From assembly GCA_050084515.1 (NCBI GenBank), contig CM114271.1, positions 11,532,001 to 11,596,000 of the forward strand: DNA of 64,000 bases, given 5' to 3'. Below, piece by piece: positions 13,401 to 27,150 of the stretch (within the stretch, counting starts at the first letter, position 1; the number at the start of each line of letters is the position of its first letter). A program made the translations under genes and the position numbers. The stretch comes from Blasia pusilla (lineage: Eukaryota). The notes under the pieces were generated by a model, which saw only the letters and a list, made by a program, of their open reading frames with translations, was not told the DNA's origin and did not search any database.

Positions 13401-16400
13401 GGCCGCCCCGGCGTGGCGGCTGGTTTAGGGTTTGAACAATTTAACCCTAAAAATTGCCTAACAATGGAAATTTTTCAAGATTGATCATAACTTTTTACTC
13501 GCAACTCCAAATTGCGCACTGTTTGTTGCACAACGTGCACAACTTCATGATCTACAACAGCATCAAAAATATTTGGAATTAGAAATTCCAGTAAAAACTG
13601 ACGGGGACTGTCGTAAAGCCCAATGTCTCTTTCTCCTACAAAAAATTTGGCAACGCTTCCGCGCTAATTTCTCCCAATGAAAATGTAAAACCTATAAAAA
13701 TACAAATCAGCAAGCTACATGATGCTCTTAAGAGCACCGGCATGGGGCAACCCGCCCCCATAATCAATCCCTATCAGAAATTGGGCAACGCTTCAGCGCG
13801 CCACTCTTCCACACAAAAATCGGTAAATGCAAAGAACAATCAAAGCAGCCCTTACTCCGGTGAGCACTCCCATAAGCCGCTGAATGGGGAACACGGTCCC
13901 CAACCTGCAAAAATAGCGAGTGACCAACGAGCTCCCCCTGATGATGAGCTCTTACTCTCTCATTCTCTCATTCTCTCATTGTAAAGTAAGATCCAATCTC
14001 TCTCTATACCATCTCACACCATAGCTTTAAAAAGTGTGCACTCTCTCTCATGTCAAACCAAACCCACTCTCCTAATGAGAGGTTTGGATTATACTCACAA
14101 GGCAAGGGACCATAACTCCGCCGCCTTATGCCAAGAGGTTCAACAAAGAGAGAATGAGCTTTCAAGCTCTCTCTCCTTGAGATATATCCCTCCCCTCTCC
14201 CAAACTCTCTCTATGGTAACTTATTCTCCCAAGTCACCTCCTTGGCTCTTGACCTGATGTAGGAGATCAAGGGCCATTTACAAAAAATATAAAGTCGATC
14301 ACATACTCAAAATGGTACTTACCTAAAAAAGTAAGTTTCTCAATATGGCTCCAAATGAACGGAAACGAAGGGGAAACCTGCTCTCTCAGGTTTCCCTGGG
14401 CCTCAACAGGTCATCATCGACTTCATGGGCTTGTCCTCCACTACTCGTGCACACGTTGTGCTAGATCCCACTGATCTATCTTAGCAGTCGTAACAACATT
14501 CCTTAGGATGGATGTGTATCACATTCTCTTGATCTAGTATGGAAGAATGGAATAAATGACGTTGGATGAATAGAACTTTAGCTCAAACTTGTGAGATGAT
14601 AGTACTTAAGAATACAAGAACTTTGATGATGGTCAAATTCATGAAAACCAACCTCATGAAAGGACGGTTGTTATTTCCTCCCGTAACACATTACAACAAA
14701 CTTTTTAACGTTCAAAAACCATAAAGCTACTATATAAGATCATCACCATTTTAGATCTTAAATAAAAATATATATAATAAGACCTAAACGTATTGGAATA
14801 TAGATACAAAATTAGAGCCCATGGGCCTAAATGCATACCTAGCTAGGCCTATAATTACCTATGTTGGTTACAAATTTGTGTAAGTGCCTTAAATGTTCAT
14901 CCCCACCTTCACCCAATGGACCCTCCATAAGTTTTCCTCCCTACTTTATCGAGGCTTAAGGGACATGGAAAATTCTCACATTACGGCCTAAAGTTGCATA
15001 GTCATAAATACTTATTAGAGAAAAACCAAACTATGTTGTTAACTCCCATTGTTTTGTTGTTGAGAGGGTTTCTCTCAACAAAATATCTGCACCTCTACTT
15101 CTCCCAGATTTTAGGGCGTATAGGAAGCTTTGTACGTGCGGATGAACCAATTTCTTCGTCTGTGGCATCCAACATGTCAAGGAGGCTTGGAATTACATCA
15201 TCAAAGCAAGCATCATCAATAGGCCCAATGGTCTAGGCAAATGTTAGACTCCTAATACTTTGGTCTTAATTGATCGTTCTAGGTATGTAGCCCTTGCACA
15301 CACACACACACACACATGGAATCTAGGATTCTTGACCTGGTTCATATTTAACATTGAAATGAGTGTCATTGTGAAATTCGGCATTTTGTAATGACAAGTA
15401 TAAATCTGGCTATCAAGAGAACCAGACAAAGAACTGGTGTTGTAAATATCGGAATTTGGATCACCATGTGGATCAATCAGACAAGACCTTTTGGAAAGTT
15501 CTATGTGGATGCTCCACAACTGGTTGATTATTGAGCTCGCGCAGTGTGATACCCTTTCAGTAGGGGACAACTATCAGGAGGACTTCTTGTTGGAAGCAGT
15601 TCTGTAGTCTGCCGGCTGACCCCATGCGGTGCTTACAAGCTCTGTGATCTCATGGTCAAAGTTACCTGTGTGTGCATCACAAGAGTTCTTGAATACATGC
15701 ATGATACTGATTGAATGTGGAATGACTCACCAATTTCCAACAATTCAGCCACCGCACACACAATCAGGAAGGAGAACACATACTGGACATGGAAACTCCC
15801 CCGCTCAGAATAGGACCCTACACAAGATCAGGGAGGCCTTTCCATAGATGTCATGGTAGCTGCAATTGAAAGGATGGAGCGCCTTTGAACTACAATATCT
15901 ACATGGTCTGCTCTTCCCTTGAGTTAATGAAGAATGTCCACTTGTGTTCCTTGAAAGATAGATGAGTCACTTCAACACGTGGAACAAAGTATCTACAGTC
16001 ATCAGTAGTGGAATCCATCGAGAAGGATCCCGAAATGCCATACAAGCATATTAAGGTTTCTTTATTCCTAGAATGGATCCCTGGAGGTGCAGCTCAGGGT
16101 GAGCAGACTAGCATTGTTGATCCGCATCTTTGGTCATCATGGGTGCTGCGATACCGCTCTCTATTAGCAACAATAGACCACTTGACAATGGAGGAAACTT
16201 TGTTCATGTCTTGCCTCTTTAGATTTGAAATTCCACACTTTCCATCTTTCTACTGCACTATTGACTTGGACAATAAATGAAGATGATGACATCAGAGTCC
16301 AAGGTCTACCAAAGCAGGTCACTGATAATAACATCACGCCATCCACATGCATTTAGCAGATTCGCATCCGGATACTAAGGAAAAATACTTGCTCGAGAAC

Positions 16401-16544
16401 TGAATTGCATGGGAAACTTTTGCCCCCAAGGTGTAGTGATCATGTTTCGGAGTTGGTTGTAATTTCCACTGATAGTTCAGAAACTACTCTTCGAATTGCC
16501 AGTAGAGGGCACCCAATAATGACATATCAAGACTCTGTAGCATA

Positions 16545-17627
16545 CTAAGAGAGTCCATGGACCTTGAAGAATTCTCGAAATCCATATAGACTCACGTCAT
16601 AATTGAACTGCAAAAGAATCACCGAACTTTGATTATCTTTGATAGAAGATACAAGTTCTGAAGCCAGCTTTATACAGGATTTCAAGGAAGTGAAGGACAA
16701 AGAGCAGTGCATGTCACAACAAAATAGCAACCAACTCCCCCACTGTCCACTTCATAAAATAAAGAGTCCCAGTGTTGGTAAGGATCTGTTGACTTACAGG
16801 AAGAACATTGACAGAATAACGGGTTATAGACACATCTCCAGATCCACCTTCAGTTTCTCCCTGTGGGAAGTTTCACCAATAAAGAAGGGTTTATCAAGTT
16901 ATCTAGTGACTTAAATGAGTTAAGATTGGATCAAATTAACTCTTCTGGCAAGACACCACCACTCAACCAATGCCCACCTGCAAGTGAGAAAACTCTTACC
17001 TGCTTTGGACTATGGAAGATCTCAACAAAAGGATAGTCCTTTCTTTGGCGGGCTATGCAGAACCCTGGATACTTGGGACATTCCACCTGTACTGCCAAAC
17101 ACTGTACACTCTTAGCCCATTTCACTTCAACCGTGCCAGAAAGGCAGAATTTAAAGACAGGAAAGGTCGTGCAAGAGAATGACGGTTAGTTAGTATTACA
17201 CGCATGAATTTGATGTGCGGATACCACTTCCAAGCTGCATCTTCAAGTATTTTTTCGAATCGACGTGTCCACGGACATCTTGCACCCACGCAAAGGAATG
17301 TCAGACAAATATTCAAAGAACCGATACACATTATTATTCCTGCACCTCTAACCTTGCCAGGACCAAGAGTTCTATTCAAGCTTCTAGCATTCTTGTATCT
17401 GTTCATCAATCCTCAGGAACTCAAAATTCAAGCGAACATCACCACTTGCTGCCAGAGACAGCTCACCTTAAGGTGAAAGCGACAACCACAGGCGATCCTT
17501 CGTGGAGGAGTTCAACAAATTGTCGTTCAGACTTGAAGTCAATCACCCGTGACCCTTTCATTTCCTGCGGATGCCCTGTGTAATACCTTAGCAAGGATGC
17601 CAGATTAATTTGCGTAGTCCTCTCCAT
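16545..17627 (-). CDS. Conserved plant thioredoxin-fold protein, 150 aa, 5 coding exons: 17627-17467, 17278-17200, 17086-17000, 16860-16798, 16607-16545
   Basis: All introns are GT-AG and in phase, giving 453 nt: MERTTQINLASLLRYYTGHPQEMKGSRVIDFKSERQFVELLHEGSPVVVAFTLRCPWTRRFEKILEDAAWKWYPHIKFMRVECPKYPGFCIARQRKDYPFVEIFHSPKQGETEGGSGDVSITRYSVNVLPFNYDVSLYGFREFFKVHGLS*. From memory it resembles Arabidopsis AT5G57230-type proteins (not verified by search). Confidence 0.88.
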
Positions 17628-19974
17628 CTGTGTCACCGTTAACACCCCGCTTCCTTTCAAAATTGGATGAAAGCCTATAAACCTGATCGAGAACAGGAGT
17701 TAAATGCATGGGCGCTGTGATCATCGTTACATGTTCCAATCACGTCAAGCACCCTATCTTTCAAAGCAAATGAAGAATTTTGCAACAACTGCACAAGTTT
17801 GCCTGGTTTAATCTTTTGCTGCTAGACGTACTCACACTTCACTTGTTAGAGAAAAGCGTCAATAACTTGATTATGTTGATTTAGTAGAGGGTTTGTCGCT
17901 AAGGGGAAAGAAATGTCTGGTTCTGGGGATCTGAGCAACAGTGGAGACAGTAAAAATATTATGAAAGGAAGTGGTGAGCTAAACATGGCCTGCAGAGACA
18001 GAGTGAATACTGATGGCGAAACTGAGATTTTTGTTGAAATTACTTGGAAGGAATAATTATAGTCTATCGGGTGGTAAGCAGGAACAAAACGTGAAACTTG
18101 AACATATTTTACTGAACAGAGCTCTAGCGGTCAACCGAGCCTACTTTCCAGAAAATCCACCGGCACAATAACGGCGGGACCAAGAGAATTGAAGGCTACG
18201 ACTGCAACAACTCTTCTCTTCAACGATTATAGCACCTTGACAAGGCTCTGAAAATATTCAACCCTCACTTCAGATTAAGTTTTCAACAGAGAGCTGTACT
18301 CCGAAGCCACGTCGAAGCAATGCAAATAAGCAAGTAACCATTCCGCACCCAAGGCATCGTTCAGAGTGGCAAGACAGCAGGAGAGGACATCCAATACATG
18401 CATCAGCACGGACTAAAAATGTCAATGAGCAAGCAGAGGTCTAGAGGAATAAGTGCGCACACGTCCACTGGGAAACCTCTCAACAGCGCCTTCAACTGAA
18501 GAATCCCACCCTACTAACCACATGGACAAGCGCACACGCTACCAGCTGGCATGGCTTGATTCCATCAAAAAGAGCTCGCAGGCACTTACAAGAAAACAGA
18601 AAAAAAAAAAAAAAAAAAAAAAGAAGAAGGAAATTCATGACCATTCGCAATCAGACAAGCATAAGCAGCATTCAACACAAGGTTCCCATCTGGAGGGAAT
18701 CAGATGAGTCCCATGACGATCCCTCTCGGTAAATTAGCTACTGGGCACCCTTACTCGTACTATCTGAGCATTTTCACATACCCACGGTGACCAACAGAAT
18801 GAATTTTTTGCTCCGTGGCATAACCCTCACTTTTTATGAAAGTTGTAAAGAATACACCATCGCACTTGAATCTGCTATTGATGTCTCTCTCGGGGCTGCA
18901 AAGTAGAGTTGAGATTGAAAATGCTGCAGTCAACCTGTTATCAAAACACCAGAAGAGGGATCAGCTACTCAAACCCTGAGTTGCCTTGTGTTACGCGAGT
19001 GCTTTCCTAGATTTGCTGCTCAGCACGTCATTCTTACACACGTCCATTCCCCTATGCACGTTAATCCCCACTAATTAAAAAAAATATTAATAGTAAAAGG
19101 AAGAGATTAATGATGTCGTTCATGAATTATAATTTGTCCGTATGTCAAGTGTAGAAATGTTTTCCCGTAGTAATATGTATATCATGAACTTCCAACCCTG
19201 TCCAACCGTGAGCAAATCAACGAATTGCTCATCGTTGCTCCATGTTCCGGCTGATACTCATTCCCCTTAAACGATTCCCAAAATAGTTTATGGACAGACT
19301 TTTTTATCATTTATATTATCATGGGATTGTGTTTTCTTGATTTCTAAATGCTTTTTTATTTGATAAAAAATATTTCACATGTTTCGAATAACAAGAAAAA
19401 AAAATTGAATTTATGTGCCCATCATTAATCTCTTTTCTTCACGGATTATGTACGGACTCTTCAAACAAATTTTTTTTACATTGTACGGATTAATAAAATT
19501 ATTTACACGGAAATGATTTTTTAACACTATATAAATATTTTAACAAATAAAATATTTTCTTTTTTTTATTTTGAAATTTTTTATTAAAATATGACATGAT
19601 AGTTAACTTAAAATTTTTTTTAATATTTTTAATATCAATTTTTTAAATGAAATTTCTAAATGTGGACCTCCAAATGCAATTTTTTTCAAGCTCGTTAGAC
19701 ATGTCCGGGTGTTCAAACCTATTACGTGGAACTCCCAAAACCGTCCGATGCCAATTGTTTGTGATCTATTCTGACGTCTTGCGTGAGGTTGCTCAAATCG
19801 ATGAGTTGCTAGAGCGTACCCATTGATCGCGGCCCTTACTTCTCCTTTATTGTGCGACGCCCTTTGAGAGGAGCCGCGTGTTAGCTTCATTGCTACAATC
19901 ATTTCTTTTGGTTCCACTCGTGTTTGCTTTGAAGCACGCTCTATGGCTTTCCGCTTCTCTACCGGTGCGAGCCC

Positions 19975-20444
19975 AAGTGGTAGCACAAGGGAGATTGCTA
20001 CAAGTAGCGGCGGTCAAGAAGACCCACATTTATAGTCGACTTCATGACGAACATCGATTTACTCCCTAGCCATTGAGATGTACGGGGCGATGGGGGAGAG
20101 GTTTGACTCGTTCCTTACGGATTGCGCCCATCATCTCCAGTCGAGAAATGGGTTGTCCTTAGCCACTACGATACTTTATTGTAGGCAACGGGTCTCCATA
20201 GCTTTGCAGCGCGCCCAGTCAAATGGGCTTCTCAAGCGGTTGGAGACGCCAATGCTAGAGGCCCACTTAGTAGTAGTCATAGTTCTCTAGGTGTTGCTGA
20301 TATTGTCTCTATTGTTGGTGATTTTGGTCGTTAGGGGGAAGGCCCCCTTCTTTCTCCTCGGGACCGGTTCCGGTCTCCTGTGGTCTACTTTTTGGGTCTC
20401 CATGCCCCCTCTTTTGTATCGTGATGGGTTTCCCATCCTTTTTC

Positions 20445-20447
<3 letters not shown>
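19975..20447 (+). mobile_element. 3' fragment of an RLE-type (CRE/R2-group) non-LTR retrotransposon
   Basis: LLQVAAVKKTHIYSRLHDEHRFTP, frameshift, then AIEMYGAMGERFDSFL...YCRQRVSIALQRAQS. Matches the K..KY..F.P.A.E..G..G / QR.S.A.QR restriction-like endonuclease C-terminus. Followed by (TA)n. Confidence 0.65.

Positions 20448-20476
<29 letters not shown>
20448..20476. repeat. (TA)n microsatellite
   Basis: Seen directly. Confidence 0.95.
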
Positions 20477-20480
<4 letters not shown>

Positions 20481-21926
20481 CTTCTCTACCTCTAGATGTA
20501 CCATAGTTCGCGAGGCTACGACGGGTCTGGGATGGATGTGCGTTTTGCTCGTTTCTTCTCACGGTGCTCACCTTTCAATCTCTTGCATTCCTTTGTAGGC
20601 TTTCACGATTACGGTTGTATTTCGAACATGTACGCGCATACTATACTAGCTCATCTGTGCACCCTTTACCCTATGGTTCCATTTCCATCTCTCATTCATT
20701 CTCCCTTTGGCTCACACTCGACTTGACATTCTACCGCACACTAAGAAGAGAACTCTGCTCTACCCCGCTCTACCTCTCAATCTCTTCATTCGATCCTACC
20801 CTATTCACTTTACTGCGAAGACGCCGCTGCGGTGCCTTTATTTCATTTATGGAGATCGGGTTCACACTCTAACTTGCTGCAAACTTCGCTGCTTTGTCTC
20901 ACTCTCAAGTCAGCAGTGTCTTTGTTCATAGAGTGACCCTAATTTTTCACCCGAGATCACACTGTAATCTACCCTAAACATCGGCGTTACTCTATGATCC
21001 TTTGTTTCTACGTTGTCTCCTTTTATACTGTCAGATTTTCCATTTGGCTCCACTCCACAATCTAGGGCATATTGGAGAAACCTTGCTGCTATCTGTCTGT
21101 CATTTCTAATCTGTCTCGGTGGATACAGGGAGATTTTCGTTTGGGCTTCAATGTACAATCTTGTATGTTTTAAGGAAATTTTGCTATCTCTCTGATTTCT
21201 GCCCCGTCTCCATAGCTACGGTGGGATTTTGTTTAGGCTTCGGGTTCTCATTATATCCGACATTGATCACACAATGTTACTATCTCTCTCACTTTTGCTC
21301 TGTCTCCATACACACGGTGAGATTTTTGCATTTTGGCTTCGGGTTCAAATTATTCTGCACATTGACGTCCCTCTACCTTTCTTTCATTTGTGGCTCGATA
21401 CTTGAGGTCTCCGCAGCTTTGGGTGCCGTCACGCCTTTTATGTTTCATTCTCTAAGGCTTTCTCAGGAAGTGTGCCAAAAACAGTGGTCGGTATCTGTGT
21501 TAGAGATAAAGAATTATGCTCGACGAAGATATGTGGTGCGGGGGAACAACAGTCTTGTACAAGATCCGAAACACGTGTTCAAAGCGCCGTTAGAGCAATC
21601 CAGTGTACATTACTGTATAGACAGTCATGACAAAGCGAGCGGCTGGAGAAGCATATGAAAATTGGCAACGGACGCCGTTCCTGCATGTATGGATACTCTA
21701 TTAACCAGATTTGAGTTGGATCTCTTTGGCTTCCTCAATCAAAACGGTACGCCATTCCGGCAATCATCACTGATGTAAGGATGTCGGGAGAGGGGCAGAA
21801 GTCAAAAGCCATAGATAGCCGCGGCCATGCGTTTAAGGCCGCGTAGATTTGGCCTTAGGTGCAGGCGATTCGGCACGGGATTAGGGTCGGTAATACCAGC
21901 AGCGGACAGCGGATATCGAGCTTCAA

Positions 21927-22515
21927 GGACGGATGGACGGCTGGACGACTAGGTGGACGGATGGACGGACGGACGGACGGAGGTAGGGACGGACGGATGG
22001 ACGGACGGAAGGAACCATTTCCGTCCATTTAGGTTTCCGTTCTGTATCGCAGTTCGTCCGTTCGAAATTCCGTTCCGTATCGTAGTCCGTCCCCTCACCC
22101 ATACTCTCCCGCCATCCCATTTTGAAAAAAAAAATGCATCGTCGTCGGTTTACCATGCGGATTAGCAAATGCTTCAGAACCGCTGTTCGTGTTACCATGT
22201 GGATTAGCAAATGCTTTAAAGGAAGATATGACGGATGGACGGACGGACGGATGGACGGACGGACGGATATACGGACGGACGGAGGTATGGACGGACGGAC
22301 GGAACCATTTTCGTCCGTTTAGGTTTCCGATCTGTATCGCAGTTCGTCCGTTCGAAATATATATCATAGTCCGTCCCCTCACCCATACTCTCCCGCCATC
22401 CCATTTTGAAAAAACAAATGCATCGTCGTCGGTTTACCATGCGGATTAGCAAATGCTTCAGAACCGTTGTTCGTGTTACCATGTGGATTAGCAAATGCTT
22501 CAAAGGAAGATATGA
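21927..22515. repeat. Subterminal (GGAC/GGAT)n tracts and a roughly 290-bp tandem duplication
   Basis: About 21955-22230 is repeated at about 22231-22515. Complementary (GTCC)n tract at 33500-33650. Confidence 0.9.
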
Positions 22516-22814
22516 TTAGCGAGGATTAGAGAGGGAGGTTCGGGAAGGTTGGATGAGTGAGGATTAAGAATCATTTTTCGGATTAAGAAGAGCTTTCGTC
22601 GATCAGGGATTGGATGTTCCGAAATGTTCGGGCATTGGATCCGAATACCTGCGTGTTCGGATTAGCTAAACGTAGAAGAAAAAACCAGAGTTTCTTCGAA
22701 TGCAAGCTTTTGACGGATAAAAAGGCTCTGTTTGGTGCACAGAGCGAATGAGCTGAACTTCTACCTGAGTACGTTTTATACTATTTTTAGTGCCGATTAA
22801 GAATCATTCGTCGC

Positions 22815-25740
22815 ATGGGGGGCAAGGGTAGCAGGCCAGAAAACCAGAGCACACGCCTTGGACTATCTCAAGGACGCGGATGCCAATTTCACTTCGCTGT
22901 AGTCTATCCAGCAGATCGTGTTGGTTTCTGTATGATAAGGCATCTTCATTCAAACCATGTGGATGGGGAAGGTCGGATATGCCATGGTGACTTGGATAAG
23001 ACAACAGATATTGCAAATGCAACTGTCGCCCCGAAACTAAGTTTGCACTGCAGGGATTTTGTAGAGCGCTTGTTACGAGTGAATGTAAGCCCCAAGGATA
23101 TCATGAAAGAGCATAGGAGGTGGATTCGCGTACACATCCGTGAAAAACCCAATCAGAAACATGCATGGGGCAGGGACGCCATGTTGAAGCATCAAGACAT
23201 ACTAAATATTAAGCATTCTATGCGAAGGCGAGAAGGGGGGTATGACGGAACCGATGACGCTACTGCAATTCATCACTGGGTACAAGCACATCCTGAGAAT
23301 GTAATTTACTACAGGGAGGCTATTTCCAAGTTGAAACAGTCCTTTTGCCTTGTACTTTCCACACCTTGGATGCTCCAGAATCTCTTAGAGCTAGGGAACG
23401 GCGTGGCCATCTCCATGGACGCAATCCATGGCACCAACACTTACGAGGTTAGCTGGCCTTGATCCTATCATTTGTTGTAGAATTGATGGAGCCATGGAGC
23501 AGGGAACCGGAAATGCTCCTACTTAAGGACTGTTTGGAATGCTGGAAATTTTGAACTTAGTGTAAAGTGTCTTCAAAGAATACATGATTCAAATTTTTAT
23601 TTTTCACTACTTTCAATGGACATTATAGGTGAGTCAATGCATTTATCTTTATCAGTAACCATTCCATTTTGTGCAATTTTTCTTACGTACACCCTGGTGC
23701 ATGTTTTCATTTATCTTCTATTCTGAACATTATGTTATGTGTGTTCACAGTATCAATTATTCAAATTTCTGGGTTTTGATAAGTTCCAGAATGGCCTGCC
23801 ATTGGTATGGGCAATCCTACAACGACATCAACACGAAGATCTGGTGGAGACCTTGTCCCAAATGAAGGACTGGGCACAGAGGAATATACACTCGAGCCTG
23901 CAAGATACAGAGGCAAATGAATGGAAGCCTTTATGCTTCATTGTGGATGATTCGAAAGAGGAACAATCTGCTATTCGAAATGTATTTCCAGGTATCCCTA
24001 TTGACCTCTGCTTATGGCATGTTCGCAAGAACTGGTTAAAGAATCTGCATCAACGAGTGCGTTGTCCAATTACGAAAGCGGACATGAACAGAGACTTGGG
24101 TGGTGTAATGTACTCACGTGATGAAGGTATATCATCAATCAAACAGATAGTACACTTACATGCTTTTCTCTTTCCTGGATGGTTTCCTCCACATACCGTT
24201 CAGTGACTAATAAATAATTTGCATATGGCATTGCAGATCCCATCGACGCCTCCTATCGGTTCATGCGCAAGTGGGTTGGATCATAACAACACTTTATGAA
24301 GTACTATGGAAGCTATTGGCATCCAAAAATTTTGAACTGGGCCAAGGGATACCGTAAGCACGCAAGGTCCAACCAAGATACGAATGCTGCAATCGAAAGG
24401 TGGCACCACACTCTAAAAATGCACCTAGCGTCCAGCATGCCCACGAAGCCAACAAGAAAATTGATATGGCTTGTGCAAATGCTCACTGGTGAAATAGAAG
24501 ATTTCTTCTGGTACCTAGGCTTCTTGAAACGAGAAGGCATGGTGAGAAACAAGGCCATACAAAAAGTTATGCTCATGGCAATTAAAAGGGCAAATGACAT
24601 ACCAGATAATCATGTCACATTTGAATTGGTAGATGGGAGGAAATGTGCGAAGGTGAAAAGTATTTCAAAGCCAGATGTTTGGCATGATGTGGTCGACTAC
24701 GATACAAGAGATGCTTGTACATGTCCTCGTACAACGAAGGGTTCACTTGTAAACATCAGGTCTGTCTTCATACAACTTTGATGTGATTTAGGGTCTTTAC
24801 ATCAGATTTCAGCAAGCTGAATTCCATCTGTTTTAACACACTCCGTCTGGCAGTAAAATGTCTTCTCCTCTGTGGCCACACAGAAGTTCAGTTGTTGTCT
24901 TGCTTAGGAACTCGCTTTGGAAGCAGAGCGGGCGGGTTTGAAAATTTGGTGCAAGAGCCACACAAAGATGAATTACATGAAAAATATCAGGAAGACGAAG
25001 ATGGAGATATTGGGCATGAGGGACAAGACCATGTGCTTGCTGAACCTACAGGAAGAGATCCGCCACCAAAAACCACCACCAAGGATGTTCGAGACATCAT
25101 GGAGAAATGCCTAAACGCTACCCTTGGGGTTCCATTCTCAGATATGCTCCTTGAACACTTGTTTCAACTAGTGCAGAAGGATTTAGATTCAGTTTTGAAC
25201 CTCAAGGCCAGGGTAGAGACTAACACTCACGTTGAAGGTAATGCTAATGACATTGCCACACACTTTCCTGAGCCGTTTGTGGGGAATGAACCACGTAACA
25301 GTAACTGCGCGAGGGCGCTGAATTGGCTAGACCGCTTGCAATTAAAATGAAGGTCTCGTGATCCTGTTAGAACTCAACCGAGTTTCGAAGAGCACCAAGT
25401 GGAATCCTTCCACAGAGCGAGGAAAACTAAGTTTTTGAACATGGAGGCAGAAATGGAAGGGTCGGCATGTATTAGTTTGGACCTAGTGGCACTATTGAGC
25501 CAAGTTGATGAGAACCCGTCCCATGGCTTAAACGCAGATTCCCAATGGCCTTTGCTAAACAACACACCTCATAGTACCTACAGGTCCGGCAGTGTCTCAA
25601 AGAGGACAAAAGTGGACATTATGCTTGATAGCCTTGCTGATTCATCTATTCCATTAGATTGTGAATTACAACCTGGAGCGATAGGAGAAACCAAAGACGC
25701 CATAATTATCTTGGACTCTCAAGAAGAAACTCTTATGTGA
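22815..25740 (+). pseudogene. MULE DDE transposase with SWIM finger, multi-exon, disrupted
   Basis: ISMDAIHGTN (D1), FIVDDSKEE (D2), LCLWHVRKNW (CxxH), TNAAIERWHHTLK (E), CTCPR..CKHQ (SWIM, frameshifted). Introns at about 23448-23750 and about 24127-24236. In-frame TAA near 24284. Confidence 0.88.
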
Positions 25741-26566
25741 AAGCCAATTGAATGTCCTTTAATACTGTGAAGTAAAGCGTTGTAACGTCCTTGTAACACG
25801 AAGTAGGAGGTGTTACTCGGGAACACATGATATATAGTGTTCTGCATGTTTTTAAATCGAACACCTGAAAACATGTGTTCATCCCTTATTATGTTGTGCA
25901 TTCTTGAATAAAACCTTTTGAATCAAGTTTGGTTTCTACCGCGATGGCAGCTCTGACAAGATCCCATTCGGATCCCGTGATCTCATTTATGCACTTCTTA
26001 ACCAGGTCGGGCAGGCATACCGCGTGCGCGCACCATTCCACATCGGAGGCTTAACCACGTACAGGGGGCCGCAGCTATACTGCGTTGTGTTCCACGCCGT
26101 AGAGGCAAAACACCGCCACTTTCGTCATGTAGAGATTCCTCTAAAGTAGTTGTAACTAAAGAAGATAGGCTTGACTAGAAAAAAATGCTTTGGACACGCT
26201 CCCAACCCTACCCTCGAGCCATGTCCCTCTTCGTAAAGTTTTAGCGGCGTCGACCCTACCACGGCTAACTTAGTTGATCCTAAATTCGTCGCTAAAATAA
26301 TCATGTGAAACGATTAGCCGTTAAATAATGTTGAAGTGCAACAACGACTTGTCTATAATACGTGTATGCGGTGATATGCAGTGAAACAAAGCATATGCAA
26401 GATGAACATCGCAGCTCCAGTGTTCATTTTGTTGAACACCTCACAAACAGTGTTCCAAGTCCATGGATATGTACTAGGCCATGTTTAGAACCTCAACAAG
26501 TATAGAAGACTATCAGTAACAAACCAAACATACAGATTTAGATTGTGGACAGGAGTGGTATCGGTT

Positions 26567-27150
26567 GGTTGAATGCGATAAAAGTGTGAAAATGTCGAAC
26601 ACACAATGGTAACAACACATATCACAGTATGCACTTCGGCTTTTCATAAAAAAGGCAATTGCAGAGTACAAGAGGGATTTCTTTAAGTTACATCTAACCC
26701 TGGGGCAACCTGGGAGGAAAGGGATTAGCATACAGAAAAAGAGTGTCGACAGAAACATATTGTCGACAGGACTTGCAGGACTTGGTTGAATGCGATAAGC
26801 CATACAAAATGTCGAACGCACAATGGTAACAACACATATCACAGTATGCACTTCGGCTTTTCATAAAAAAAGGAAATTGCAGAGTACAAGAGGGATTTCT
26901 TTAAGTTACATCTAACCCTGGGGCAACCTGGGAGGAAAGGGATTAGCATACAGAAAAAGAGTGTCGACAGAAACAGATTGTCGACAGGACTTGCAGGACT
27001 TGCTTGAATGCGATAAGCCATACAAAATGTCGAACGCACAATGGTAACAACACATATCACAGTATGCACTTCGGCTTTTCATAAAAAAAGGCAATTGCAG
27101 AGTACAAGAGGGATTTCTTTAAGTTACATCTAACCCTGGGGCAACCGGGG
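26567..27150. repeat. Tandem repeat of about 218 bp, about 2.7 copies
   Basis: Units start near 26567, 26784 and 27002 (ttgaatgcgataa...aaatgtcgaac.cacaatggtaacaacacatatcacagtatgcacttcgg...). Confidence 0.92.

Noticed and set aside
13422-13452. Telomere-like tttagggttt / aaccctaaa
   Set aside because: Single telobox-like units within a retroelement leader, not a telomeric array.
15100-16400. Possible decayed minus-strand gene (exon-like TIGPIDDACFDDVIPSLLDML; NAC-like LILCRV)
   Set aside because: No consistent spliced model or convincing domain could be built by eye.
16545-16730. L1-type RT relic (IKLASELVSSIK..VILLQ)
   Set aside because: That stretch is an intron of the thioredoxin-fold gene, and the downstream part is its last exon.
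21923-22503. Overlapping short ORFs rich in DGRT/RPSV (also 33356-33781 and 30139-30655)
   Set aside because: They are artefacts of (GGAC)n and minisatellite repeats.
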